From Candidatus Pacearchaeota archaeon CG10_big_fil_rev_8_21_14_0_10_34_76 (GTDB taxonomy: Archaea > Nanobdellota > Nanobdellia > Pacearchaeales > GW2011-AR1), in the NCBI GenBank assembly GCA_002763075.1, contig PFDB01000002.1:62286-126285 (forward strand): DNA of 64,000 bases, in the 5' to 3' direction. A model generated the notes under the pieces. It worked only from the letters and a program-made list of their open reading frames with translations, did not search any database and was not told the origin of the DNA. Each line of letters starts with the position of its first letter. Within the stretch, counting starts at the first letter, position 1. Shown in pieces: positions 46,784-55,538 of this stretch. The translations under genes were made by a program, and so were the position numbers.

Positions 46784-47044
46784 ATGGTTCAACATTTACC
46801 TGAATGGATAATGAAGCGTTATTCTAAACTGTGGAACAAATTCAAAGATAAAGAGTTTACAAAGGTAGATGCAGAAAAAGTTCTTACAGGTGATACCTCT
46901 CTTCCAGTTTTATTATCTGAATTGAGAAAAGCTGGATGGTTGGAGATGAAGATGTCTGAAGAAGATGCAAGAAAAACAATCTATAAGTTGAAAGACCCAA
47001 CAAAAGCAATCTTAGAAGAGATAAAGGAGTTGAGCAAAAAATGA
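46784..47044 (+). CDS. Winged-helix protein (putative regulator of the MTase/nuclease operon)
   Basis: FTKVDAEKVL...LSELRKAGWLE...RKTIYKL; ATGA overlap with MTase. Confidence 0.7.
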   Translation: MVQHLPEWIMKRYSKLWNKFKDKEFTKVDAEKVLTGDTSLPVLLSELRKAGWLEMKMSEEDARKTIYKLKDPTKAILEEIKELSKK

Positions 47045-48030
47045 AACAGAAATCGTTAAATAAAAGATTACATGAGGCAAGAGGGAATAAGAATGATGAT
47101 TTTTATACACAACTAACTGATATTGAAAAAGAGTTGAAGCACTATAAAAAACATTTTAAAAACAAAGTAGTTTTTTGTAATTGTGATGACCCTCGCGTCA
47201 GTAATTTCTTTCACTATTTCTCATATAACTTTGAACAGTTAGGTTTGAAGAAACTAATTACTACTTGTTATAAAAATCAACAAATGAATTTGTTTAGTCA
47301 AAACAAATCTGAAAAAGCGATTTACTTAGAATATACTGGCGACAAAAATAAAAATAATGTCCCAGACCCTAAAGAAATCGGAATTAAACATTTAAAGGGT
47401 GATGGAGATTTTCGTAGCAAGGAATGTATTGAGTTGCTAAAACAATCAGATATTGTTGTTACCAATCCCCCATTTTCGTTATTTAGAGAATATGTCGCAC
47501 AGTTAATAGAATATAATAAAAAATTCATAATACTTGCACAACAAAATGCAATAACTTACAAGGAGACTTTTAACTTAATAAAAGAAAATAAGATTTGGTT
47601 AGGCGTTGATAATGGCGGGACAAAATGGTTTCAGGTTCCAAACAATTATGACATAACAACAGAATCAAGAAAGAAAGTAGAGGATGGTAAAAAGTTTTTT
47701 AGTATGGGTAGTGTTGTTTGGTTCACAAACTTAGATATTGAGAAAAGACATGAAGATTTAATCCTTTACAAAACATACAAAGGGCATGAAAAAGAATATC
47801 CAAAATATGATAAATACGATATTATTAATGTTGATAAAGTAAGCGATATTCCTATTGATTATAAGGGAGTAATGGGTGTGCCTATCACTTTCTTAGATAA
47901 ACATAATCCTGAACAATTTGAAGTTCTAGGAATTGCCAATAGTGCCAGATGGATTGGTTTTGAGTGCTATACTTTGATTAAGGGCAAGAAGATATATAAT
48001 AGAATTCTTATAAAGAATAAGAGAATTTAA
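47041..48030 (+). CDS. Adenine-specific DNA methyltransferase, M.EcoRI-like family
   Basis: KNDDFYT, VFCNCDDP, GDGDFRS, VVTNPPFSLFREY, GVMGVPITFLDK. Confidence 0.9.
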   Translation: MKQKSLNKRLHEARGNKNDDFYTQLTDIEKELKHYKKHFKNKVVFCNCDDPRVSNFFHYFSYNFEQLGLKKLITTCYKNQQMNLFSQNKSEKAIYLEYTGDKNKNNVPDPKEIGIKHLKGDGDFRSKECIELLKQSDIVVTNPPFSLFREYVAQLIEYNKKFIILAQQNAITYKETFNLIKENKIWLGVDNGGTKWFQVPNNYDITTESRKKVEDGKKFFSMGSVVWFTNLDIEKRHEDLILYKTYKGHEKEYPKYDKYDIINVDKVSDIPIDYKGVMGVPITFLDKHNPEQFEVLGIANSARWIGFECYTLIKGKKIYNRILIKNKRI

Positions 48031-48054
48031 ATAAATAGTTTCTAATATTATTCT

Positions 48055-49131
48055 ATGAAGATAGAACTCAAAAAAATTACAGTTGCCGAATTATCAAAAG
48101 GTTATCAAGACAATGCAGAAGCTGGTGTAGTTGGGTTCGGTGGCAAACTTGATATTCGTCCACCATTTCAAAGAGAATTTGTTTACAAAGACAAACAGCG
48201 TGATGCTGTTATTCACACTGTTACAAAGGATTTTCCTCTTAATGTAATGTACTGGGCTGTGCGTGATGATGGAACATTTGAGATAATAGATGGACAGCAA
48301 AGAACAATCTCACTTTGCCAGTATGTCGCAGGTGACTTCTCAATTAAAGGATTGGCGTTTCACAATCTTCCAAAAGATAAAAGAGAGCAAATCCTAAAAT
48401 ATCCTTTGATGATATATTTGTGTTCAGGAAAAGATAGCGAAAAATTAGAATGGTTCAGAACAATTAATATTGCTGGAGAACAGCTTACAGACCAAGAATT
48501 ACGAAACGCCGTTTATTCTGGTTCATGGGTTTCTGATGCCAAACGTTATTTTTCTAAAAATAGCAGACCAAAAATAGGTGATGATTATTTAAGCGGTAGT
48601 GCAATCCGACAAGAGTATTTGGAAACGGCTATTGACTGGATTTCAAAGGGGAAAATAGAGGATTACATGTCAAGGCATCAACATGACCCTAATGCAAATG
48701 AACTATGGCTATACTTTCAGGCAGTTATAAATTGGGTAAAAGTAACGTTCCCCAAATATCGTAAAGAAATGAAATCTGTCCCTTGGGGAGTTTTATTTAA
48801 TGAATTTAAAGATAAAAAACTTGATTCAAAGAAGCTGGAAAAAGAGATAACTGAGTTAATGCAAGATGATGATGTTACTAAAAAATCTGGGATTTATCCT
48901 TATGTCTTAACGAGAAACGAGAGATACCTAAACATTCGTTCTTTCACAGATAATATGAAAAGAGAAGCATACGAAAGACAGAAAGGTATTTGTCCTAAAT
49001 GTAAAAAACACTTTGAGATAGAAGGAATGGAAGCAGACCATATAAAACCTTGGCATGAGGGAGGGCAAACTATAGCAAAGAACTGCCAGATGCTCTGTAA
49101 ACAAGATAATAGGCTTAAATCGGGGATATAA
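48055..49131 (+). CDS. DUF262 (ParB/GmrS-like) plus HNH endonuclease fusion
   Basis: PPFQREFVY, IIDGQQR, WFRTIN; C-terminal CPKC...ADHIKPWHEGG...NCQMLC...N. Confidence 0.9.
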   Translation: MKIELKKITVAELSKGYQDNAEAGVVGFGGKLDIRPPFQREFVYKDKQRDAVIHTVTKDFPLNVMYWAVRDDGTFEIIDGQQRTISLCQYVAGDFSIKGLAFHNLPKDKREQILKYPLMIYLCSGKDSEKLEWFRTINIAGEQLTDQELRNAVYSGSWVSDAKRYFSKNSRPKIGDDYLSGSAIRQEYLETAIDWISKGKIEDYMSRHQHDPNANELWLYFQAVINWVKVTFPKYRKEMKSVPWGVLFNEFKDKKLDSKKLEKEITELMQDDDVTKKSGIYPYVLTRNERYLNIRSFTDNMKREAYERQKGICPKCKKHFEIEGMEADHIKPWHEGGQTIAKNCQMLCKQDNRLKSGI

Positions 49132-49132
49132 A

Positions 49133-49465
49133 ATGCTAGAACCACCAACAGATACAACAGGCAGTCCAATAAAAGAATTTATAGAGCAAACGAAGAATCA
49201 GGCTCTTGCTGGATTAGGAGACTGGGAGTTTAAAGCACCTATTGAATTAGAACTCAATACCATTGTTTCTGGCAAGGCTGGTGGAGGGATTGATATTAAG
49301 GTTATCAATTTTGGAGCCAAAGTTGAGGCTGAACAGCAGCAAAAAATCAAGATTTCTATAGGTCCAAAAGATGAAGCAGAACAAGAAGAAAAGAAGGCAA
49401 AAATAGAAACTGCGAAATACCTTCAAAAAAGACCCCATTTAAGTGTACCTAATGTAAATAAGTAA
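49133..49465 (+). CDS. Trypco2-like small protein
   Basis: IKEFIEQ...PIELELNT...KAGGGIDIKVINFGAK...QKIKISI pattern of trypsin co-occurring domain 2. Confidence 0.55.
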   Translation: MLEPPTDTTGSPIKEFIEQTKNQALAGLGDWEFKAPIELELNTIVSGKAGGGIDIKVINFGAKVEAEQQQKIKISIGPKDEAEQEEKKAKIETAKYLQKRPHLSVPNVNK

Positions 49466-49481
49466 GCTATTTTAACCTATA

Positions 49482-49549
49482 AATTATTTATGTGCAAAAA
49501 GAGTTTGTTAATGTGCAGTATTTAGATTATGTGCAAAGCCTTAAAGAAC
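49482..49549. repeat. Right end: three ATGTGCA subterminal repeats, right TIR and target duplication
   Basis: ATGTGCA at 49490, 49511 and 49529; TTATGTGCAAAGCC|TTAAAGAAC. Confidence 0.85.
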
Positions 49550-49584
49550 GTAAATTATTTAAACCCCATGATTTGTTTAAAAAT

Positions 49585-49848
49585 ATGGGAATGTTGACAA
49601 GAAAAATTGAAGGAAGAGTATTAGATGTAAGTTATGGTTTTGACCCTGGAACCATGGGTAGCGATTATACCCGCATTAGTGTTGAAACGAATGATGGGCA
49701 AGAGTCTTTTGTATTTCGAGATCACACTCATCGTCCAATAGATAAGGGGGATCTTGTAAAAATTAGATCTCCTAGGATGGTTATTCATAATCTTTCTAAC
49801 TATTTATTAGGTGAGTCTTTTGCATTATCATATGAGGTTATTGAATGA
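49585..49848 (+). CDS. Hypothetical protein (small, beta-rich)
   Basis: Start moved to ATG 49585, outside the transposon end and downstream of a TATA-like TTTAAA. Confidence 0.55.
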   Translation: MGMLTRKIEGRVLDVSYGFDPGTMGSDYTRISVETNDGQESFVFRDHTHRPIDKGDLVKIRSPRMVIHNLSNYLLGESFALSYEVIE

Positions 49849-50792
49849 AGGTTCTTGTTACTGGAGGACTTGGGCATATAGGATCTAAACTTATCAGAGA
49901 GTATGCTAAAAGAGATGATGTTGAACTTGTGAGAGTTTTAGACAACTTTTTTGTGCAGAGATATTGTTCTTTATTTGACCTTCCTCTAAATAAAAAATAT
50001 GAGTTTATAGGGGGAGACATTAAGAACAAGGAAGATGTTGAAAAGGCCGTGAAGGATATTGACCTTGTCGTGCATTTGGCTGCAATCACTGATGCACCTT
50101 CCACTATAAATAATGAGGAGGAAACGTTTAGGGTGAATTTAGAAGGCACAAAAAATGTTTTAGAAGCGTCTGCTAAGGCAGGGGTTAAGAGATTCTTGTT
50201 CCCTTCAACTACCTCTGTTTATGGTGAAGCTGAAGGCGTTGTTGATGAAAAAACAATTGATTTGAAACCTGCCAGCCCCTATGCAAAAGCAAAGTTAGAG
50301 GCGGAATCTTTTGTTAAAAATGCTTACAAAGAACTTGGAATTGAAACTATTGTTTTAAGAAAGGGGACCATATTTGGAACCAGTATCGGTATGAGGTTCC
50401 ATACTGCCGTAAATAAATTCTGCTATTTGGCTGCAATGAATAAGCCATTGACTGTCTGGGATAGCGCTTTAGAAAGCAAGAGGCCTTATTTGAGTTTGGA
50501 TGATGATATTAAAGCACTTCAATTCTTTGAGAAAAATGGAAGTCCTGGAGAATTATATAATGTTTTGACTAAGAATTACACTATGCATGAAATAATAGAT
50601 GCAATTAAAAAACATGCTCCTGAAACTAATATAACTATAACTAAATCACCCATTTTGAACCAAAAGCCTTATCATGTTGATGACAGGAAAATTAAAGAAT
50701 TAGGATTTGTTCCTGAAGGGAACCTTGATGAAGATATAGGAAAAACTCTAAGATTGTTTAAGGCTATACAAAATTCTAATCTAGGCATTTAA
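49845..50792 (+). CDS. NAD-dependent nucleotide-sugar epimerase/dehydratase
   Basis: TGGLGHIGS, YAKAK. Confidence 0.9.
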   Translation: MKVLVTGGLGHIGSKLIREYAKRDDVELVRVLDNFFVQRYCSLFDLPLNKKYEFIGGDIKNKEDVEKAVKDIDLVVHLAAITDAPSTINNEEETFRVNLEGTKNVLEASAKAGVKRFLFPSTTSVYGEAEGVVDEKTIDLKPASPYAKAKLEAESFVKNAYKELGIETIVLRKGTIFGTSIGMRFHTAVNKFCYLAAMNKPLTVWDSALESKRPYLSLDDDIKALQFFEKNGSPGELYNVLTKNYTMHEIIDAIKKHAPETNITITKSPILNQKPYHVDDRKIKELGFVPEGNLDEDIGKTLRLFKAIQNSNLGI

Positions 50793-51776
50793 ATGGATCA
50801 AAAACTAAAGGATAAAAAAATTTTGATTACAGGAGGTCTGGGGTTTATAGGGAGTAATCTTGCCAGAAGAGCTGTTGAGGAGGGTGCTGAAGTCACTCTT
50901 TTTGTAAGGTCTGGGAAAAGTTTAGAAAACATTCAAGACATAAAAGAAAAGGTTTCTGTAATTGAAGGAGAGATATCTAAAAATGAAGATTTAGAAAAAG
51001 CTGTAAAAGATAAGAACTACATTTTTCATTTTGCTTGGCAAACAGATTTGAAAAAATCAATGGCTAATCCAGAAGAAGATATATCTGAAGATTTAGTAGG
51101 TGTAATAAAATTACTTGAGGTTTGTAAAAATCATAATAAGGATGCTAAAATAATTTTTGCAAGTAGTGTGACGGTTATTGGAGAGACTGATAAACTTAGC
51201 CCTAATGAATTAGATAAAGAAAATCCCTTATCCATATATGAAGCTAATAAGTTAATAGCTGAAAAATATCTTAAGATTTATTACGACGTTCATGGAATAA
51301 AGTCTACAGTTTTGAGAATTTCCAATGTTTTTGGAGAGCGCCAGAGGATTGATAATCCTAACAGGGGAATATTGAATTTCATGATCGGAAGGGCATTAAG
51401 GGGGGAAGATCTAACTGTTTACGGAGATGGTGAATTTGTAAGAGATTATTGCTATATACAAAATTATATGGATGCTTTTATCCTCTCTGCTATTTCAGAC
51501 AAAACAAATGGAGAGGTATTCACGTTAGGTTCTGGTGAGGGGAGGACATTTAATGAGGTTGTGAGAAAAATTAAAGAAATCGTGGAAGAAATGTCTGGAA
51601 AGAATGTTAAAATTACCCATGTACCTTTCCCTGAAGGAGAAAATAAAATTAACAAGAGAAACTTTATTGCTGATTTCTCTAAATTCACTAAATCAACTGG
51701 GTGGAAACCTGAAATTTCTTTTGAGAATGGCCTGAGAAGAACAATTGAATTCTATTATAACAAAGGTTATAAATGA
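50793..51776 (+). CDS. NAD-dependent nucleotide-sugar epimerase/dehydratase
   Basis: TGGLGFIGS, YEANK, NVFGERQ. Confidence 0.9.
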   Translation: MDQKLKDKKILITGGLGFIGSNLARRAVEEGAEVTLFVRSGKSLENIQDIKEKVSVIEGEISKNEDLEKAVKDKNYIFHFAWQTDLKKSMANPEEDISEDLVGVIKLLEVCKNHNKDAKIIFASSVTVIGETDKLSPNELDKENPLSIYEANKLIAEKYLKIYYDVHGIKSTVLRISNVFGERQRIDNPNRGILNFMIGRALRGEDLTVYGDGEFVRDYCYIQNYMDAFILSAISDKTNGEVFTLGSGEGRTFNEVVRKIKEIVEEMSGKNVKITHVPFPEGENKINKRNFIADFSKFTKSTGWKPEISFENGLRRTIEFYYNKGYK

Positions 51777-51798
51777 AAATCAGAGTCCTATTTTGTCT

Positions 51799-53034
51799 AT
51801 GGATGAAGAAAAAATTAAAAAAAGCTTCTTTAATCTGAAAAAAGATATTGAAAAATTGAAGGATGGGCTTGAAAGTGTATTTAGAAGAATCATTGATATG
51901 GAAAATGCTGTTCCTGTTGAAAAAATAGATGAGAAGAGTCCAATTTTCACCTCTAAAGTCTTTGTAAACAATGACATGCTTCAGGCTGTAAAAGAAGTAT
52001 TTGAATCAGGCATTTTTGTATTGGGAGAGAAGACAATAGAATTTGAAAGAAAATTTGCTGATTTCTCTGGAGCAAAGCATGCTATTGCGATGGCAAATGG
52101 AACTGTTGCTATAGAAATCGCACTGAAAGCATTGGGCATTGAAGAAGGTGATGAGGTGATTGTGCCTTCATTTACTACAATGCCAACCATAGAACCAATT
52201 TTACACCTGAAAGCAAAGCCTGTTTTCGCAGACATTGATGAAAAAACCTATACTCTTGATCATACGAAAATAGAAAAATTGATCACAAATAAAACAAAAG
52301 CTATTATGCCCGTACATATCTATGGAAATCCTGCAAATATGAAGGAAATGCAAAAAATATGCAAAAAACATAAACTCTTTTTGATTGAAGATTGTGCCCA
52401 GGCGCATAATGCGCGCTATGATGGAAAGCATGTAGGAACATTTGGAGACATTGGATGCTTTAGCTTTTATCCAACAAAAAACCTTACTGTATGTGGAGAG
52501 GGAGGCATGGCCGTAACTGACTCAGATGAGATTGCAAGAAAAATGAGGATGCTCATAAGCCATGGAGAAAATGGAAGATACAATCATGTTATCTTGGGAC
52601 ACAATTACAGGCTTAGTGAGATACATGCTGCGATTGGGATAAAACAACTAGAATTATTAAATGATTTCAGTGAGAGAAGAAGATATATAGCTAAACTATA
52701 TCGTGAATTGCTCTATGATACTGGGCTGGTCCTTCCAGAAGATCAAGAAAATGGAAGACATTCTTATCATCTTTATGTAATCCGCACTGATAGCAAAAAA
52801 AGAGATGAAATCATAAAAAGATTGAAAGAAGATAATATCCATTGCGGAATCCATTATCCTGTGCCGTGTCATAAGCAAAAGATAGTGAAAGATATGAAAT
52901 TAAGTAAAATCTCTCTTCCAGTCACTGAAAAATATGTTGAAGAAATAATTTCATTGCCAATATACCCTGAATTAAAGGATAATGAAATAAAGTTCATATC
53001 TGAAAGAATGAAGAATGTTCTTCAAGAATTATAG
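51799..53034 (+). CDS. DegT/DnrJ/EryC1/StrS sugar aminotransferase with N-terminal coiled coil
   Basis: NGTVAI, IEDCAQA, FSFYPTKNL, GEGG; start moved to ATG 51799. Confidence 0.92.
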   Translation: MDEEKIKKSFFNLKKDIEKLKDGLESVFRRIIDMENAVPVEKIDEKSPIFTSKVFVNNDMLQAVKEVFESGIFVLGEKTIEFERKFADFSGAKHAIAMANGTVAIEIALKALGIEEGDEVIVPSFTTMPTIEPILHLKAKPVFADIDEKTYTLDHTKIEKLITNKTKAIMPVHIYGNPANMKEMQKICKKHKLFLIEDCAQAHNARYDGKHVGTFGDIGCFSFYPTKNLTVCGEGGMAVTDSDEIARKMRMLISHGENGRYNHVILGHNYRLSEIHAAIGIKQLELLNDFSERRRYIAKLYRELLYDTGLVLPEDQENGRHSYHLYVIRTDSKKRDEIIKRLKEDNIHCGIHYPVPCHKQKIVKDMKLSKISLPVTEKYVEEIISLPIYPELKDNEIKFISERMKNVLQEL

Positions 53035-53844
53035 AAAAGCATCTGTTAATTTTTTCTTTAGTGAGTCAAGCTCTTCTTGAAATCTTTTTATTTCATCTAC
53101 AATTTCGTTGCCCCCATTTGAGCCATTTGATTTCTGGCTTAGATAATTGCTTGATTTCTGAAGGCTTTCGAAAGTACCTGCATCTGACCAGAACCCATTC
53201 AAAACCTCATATGTGCATTGTCCATTCTTGACATAATTGTCTATTGCATCAGTTATCTCAAACTCTCCTCTTGCAGAAGGTGAGAGTCTATCTATTATCC
53301 TAAATATCTCTGAGTCAAAAAAATACAATCCAGTCATAGCAAGATTGCTTTTTGGGTCCTTTGGCTTTTCTTCTACATATACTACTTTATCTCCTTCGAT
53401 GACCGCACATCCGAATCTTTGAGCACTTTCAATTGGAACTTCCTTGAGGAATATTTTTGCCCCTTGTTCTTGTCTTGTAAACTTTTCAACTGAATCTTTT
53501 ATATTATCTTCAAATATATTATCGCCGAGTATGACGACGCATTTATCATTTCCCACGAACTTTCTTCCGACATTCAGTGCCTGAGCTATTCCACCAGCTT
53601 CCTCTTGAATGTCATAACTTAAATCAACTCCAAATTCTTTCCCAGAACCTAACAAATTAAGAAAATGACCTGCATGTCCTGGACCTGATACTATCAATAT
53701 GTCTTTTATTCCTGCCTCAGCCAAAGTTTTTATGGGATAGTATATCATTGGTTTGTCATAGACAGGTAAGAGATGTTTATTTGTGACTTTTGTGCATGGA
53801 TAAAGTCTTGAGCCAGTTCCTCCGGCAAGAATTACTCCTTTCAT
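53029..53844 (-). CDS. rmlA: Glucose-1-phosphate thymidylyltransferase (RmlA-like)
   Basis: GVILAGGTGSRL, NKHLLPVYDKPMI, EEKP, SARGEFEITD; start moved to ATG 53844. Confidence 0.9.
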   Translation of the reverse strand: MKGVILAGGTGSRLYPCTKVTNKHLLPVYDKPMIYYPIKTLAEAGIKDILIVSGPGHAGHFLNLLGSGKEFGVDLSYDIQEEAGGIAQALNVGRKFVGNDKCVVILGDNIFEDNIKDSVEKFTRQEQGAKIFLKEVPIESAQRFGCAVIEGDKVVYVEEKPKDPKSNLAMTGLYFFDSEIFRIIDRLSPSARGEFEITDAIDNYVKNGQCTYEVLNGFWSDAGTFESLQKSSNYLSQKSNGSNGGNEIVDEIKRFQEELDSLKKKLTDAFL

Positions 53845-54851
53845 GATGTTCTCCTGTCTGAGATATTTTTTAAAGGTTCCCACCAGACATTGTTATCCCT
53901 ATACCAGTTTAGAGTAAAATTCATTGCTTCTTCAAATGATGACTTTGGAGACCAGCCTAAGGACATTATCTTATCAGAGTTTAGCGAATAGCGTAAATCG
54001 TGGCCTTTCCTGTCTTCTACATATTCTATAAAATCATCATTCTTTTCCATGACAGAGATTATTTTCTTTGTCAGAGCCAAGTTTGTTATTTCATTCCCTC
54101 CCCCTATGTTATATATTTCTCCTGGTTTTCCATTATGGATTAGAAAATCCAGAGCTTCGCAATTATCTTGGACAAAGATCCAATCTCTGATATTGTTTCC
54201 TGTGCCATATACAGGTACTTTTTTTCCTTCTACTAAATTTGTAGTGAAGAGAGGGATTAATTTTTCTGGGAATTGATATGGTCCAAAGTTATTAGAAGAA
54301 CGCGTGATTATTATTGGCTGATTAAATGTCTTAAGATTCCCAAGACATATCATCTCTGCGGCAGCTTTTGATGCGCTATATGGGGAAGATGGCTTCAATG
54401 TATCTGATTCTGTACTTGAATTGTCTTCAAATCCAAGAGAGCCATATACCTCATCTGTAGATATTTGGATAAAGAGCCTTGCATTATTTTTGCGGGCTGC
54501 TTCTAAAATTGAATGGGTTCCGAGGACATTAGTGCTTATGAATATCTCTGGGTCTTTAATGGAATTATCTACGTGGGATTCTGCAGCAAAATTAACGATT
54601 ATGTCTCCTTCCTGGACTATACTTGACATTGCCTTATGGTCCCTTATATCTGCCTTTATGAACTCATAATTTTCTTTATTTTCAATGTCCTTAAGGTTGT
54701 TTGGATTTCCTGAATAGCTCAAGTTATCTATGTTCACAAAATGATAGTTTGGATATTTTTCAATCATTAATCTAAGAAAATTGCTTCCTATGAAGCCACA
54801 TCCTCCTGTGACAATTACCCTTTGTGTGTCTTGTTGGATTTGAGAACCCAT
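53841..54851 (-). CDS. rmlB: dTDP-glucose 4,6-dehydratase
   Basis: FAAESHVDNSI, STDEVYG, YSASKA, FPEKLIP, DRKGHDLRY. Confidence 0.95.
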   Translation of the reverse strand: MGSQIQQDTQRVIVTGGCGFIGSNFLRLMIEKYPNYHFVNIDNLSYSGNPNNLKDIENKENYEFIKADIRDHKAMSSIVQEGDIIVNFAAESHVDNSIKDPEIFISTNVLGTHSILEAARKNNARLFIQISTDEVYGSLGFEDNSSTESDTLKPSSPYSASKAAAEMICLGNLKTFNQPIIITRSSNNFGPYQFPEKLIPLFTTNLVEGKKVPVYGTGNNIRDWIFVQDNCEALDFLIHNGKPGEIYNIGGGNEITNLALTKKIISVMEKNDDFIEYVEDRKGHDLRYSLNSDKIMSLGWSPKSSFEEAMNFTLNWYRDNNVWWEPLKNISDRRTS

Positions 54852-54910
54852 GAAAATCCTAAAGACAGGAGTATTTTAAATTTAACGATAATAGAGAATA
54901 TATGTAAAAT

Positions 54911-55466
54911 TCCGTGGGAGTCAGGGGCTAGGTTCTAGAGTGTCTAAACTCCAGCCAAGTCTTTTCAGAATGAGCTGTATCTGATGCTTTACCTTTTCTA
55001 TACATGAAGAGTCTTCAACATACTTCTTGATTTTATCCAATCCTCCATGGTCACTTACCTTGTCGATATGACATCCATCGCTCCAAAATTCTCCTCCCCA
55101 TAATTCTCGCTTGATCTCGCGGAATCGCTTGAAGATCATCCACGCAATGATGCTCTTGATGATTTGCATCACTTCACTCGGCGCATAACGGGGAGCTGTG
55201 CCCACGACAATATGCAAATGATCTTCTTCCATACCTATCGCATCAAACTTGAACCAGTATCTCTCACCAATACCCTTGAGAGGCTCCTTCCCGTATTCAA
55301 CAGGAACTTTTTTCAGAAAGAGCTTCTTGCGATACTTTAAAACAAATACCCTGTGATATCGAATGCGGTAGGTACCATGACATGCTCGCTCAAGCTCAAT
55401 AGCCATATAAGGGCGATGGTTTAGAACTACTTATGGTTTTGCCCCAGCCACAGCAAGCTGGGGGGT
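54911..55466 (-). mobile_element. Degenerate IS200-type element (tnpA only, no tnpB); boundaries approximate
   Basis: GC-richer segment; hairpin CCCCAGC-N8-GCTGGGG at 55442-55463; GC-rich remnant near 54911-54930. Confidence 0.7.
54921..55406 (-). CDS. tnpA: IS200/IS605 Y1 transposase TnpA (possibly pseudogenised)
   Basis: YH.VF..KYRK, DHLH HUH motif, LWGGEFWSDG, KKYV; atypical substitutions and aberrant C-terminus. Confidence 0.8.
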   Translation of the reverse strand: MAIELERACHGTYRIRYHRVFVLKYRKKLFLKKVPVEYGKEPLKGIGERYWFKFDAIGMEEDHLHIVVGTAPRYAPSEVMQIIKSIIAWMIFKRFREIKRELWGGEFWSDGCHIDKVSDHGGLDKIKKYVEDSSCIEKVKHQIQLILKRLGWSLDTLEPSP

Positions 55467-55538
55467 AAAATTATTTAATTTATTTTCAAAATCTTCTTAG
55501 TTCTAAATATAGTTTTTATAAAGTGTTTGCTTATCTGA

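Larger units (their letters stand above)
43900..49540. mobile_element. IS5-family (IS903-like) cargo transposon, 5641 bp
   Basis: Ends AGCCTTGCACATAA (43900-43913) and TTATGTGCAAAGCC (49527-49540) are inverted repeats (12/14); flanked by direct repeat TTAAAGAAC (43891-43899, 49541-49549); one DDE transposase inside. Confidence 0.88.

Noticed and set aside
47041-48030. Assigning GAATTC specificity to the methyltransferase
   Set aside because: Family membership does not fix the target, and no EcoRI-type endonuclease is present
49482-49540. ATGTGCA repeats as CRISPR repeats or iterons
   Set aside because: Short and mirrored at the other end of the element; they are subterminal transposon repeats
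49492-49584. N-terminal part of the 118-aa ORF in the track
   Set aside because: Runs through the transposon TIR and TSD from a GTG; ATG 49585 with an upstream TATA-like element is more plausible
54911-55466. TnpB/omega-RNA system
   Set aside because: No tnpB or iscB ORF and no room for one; only a degenerate tnpA
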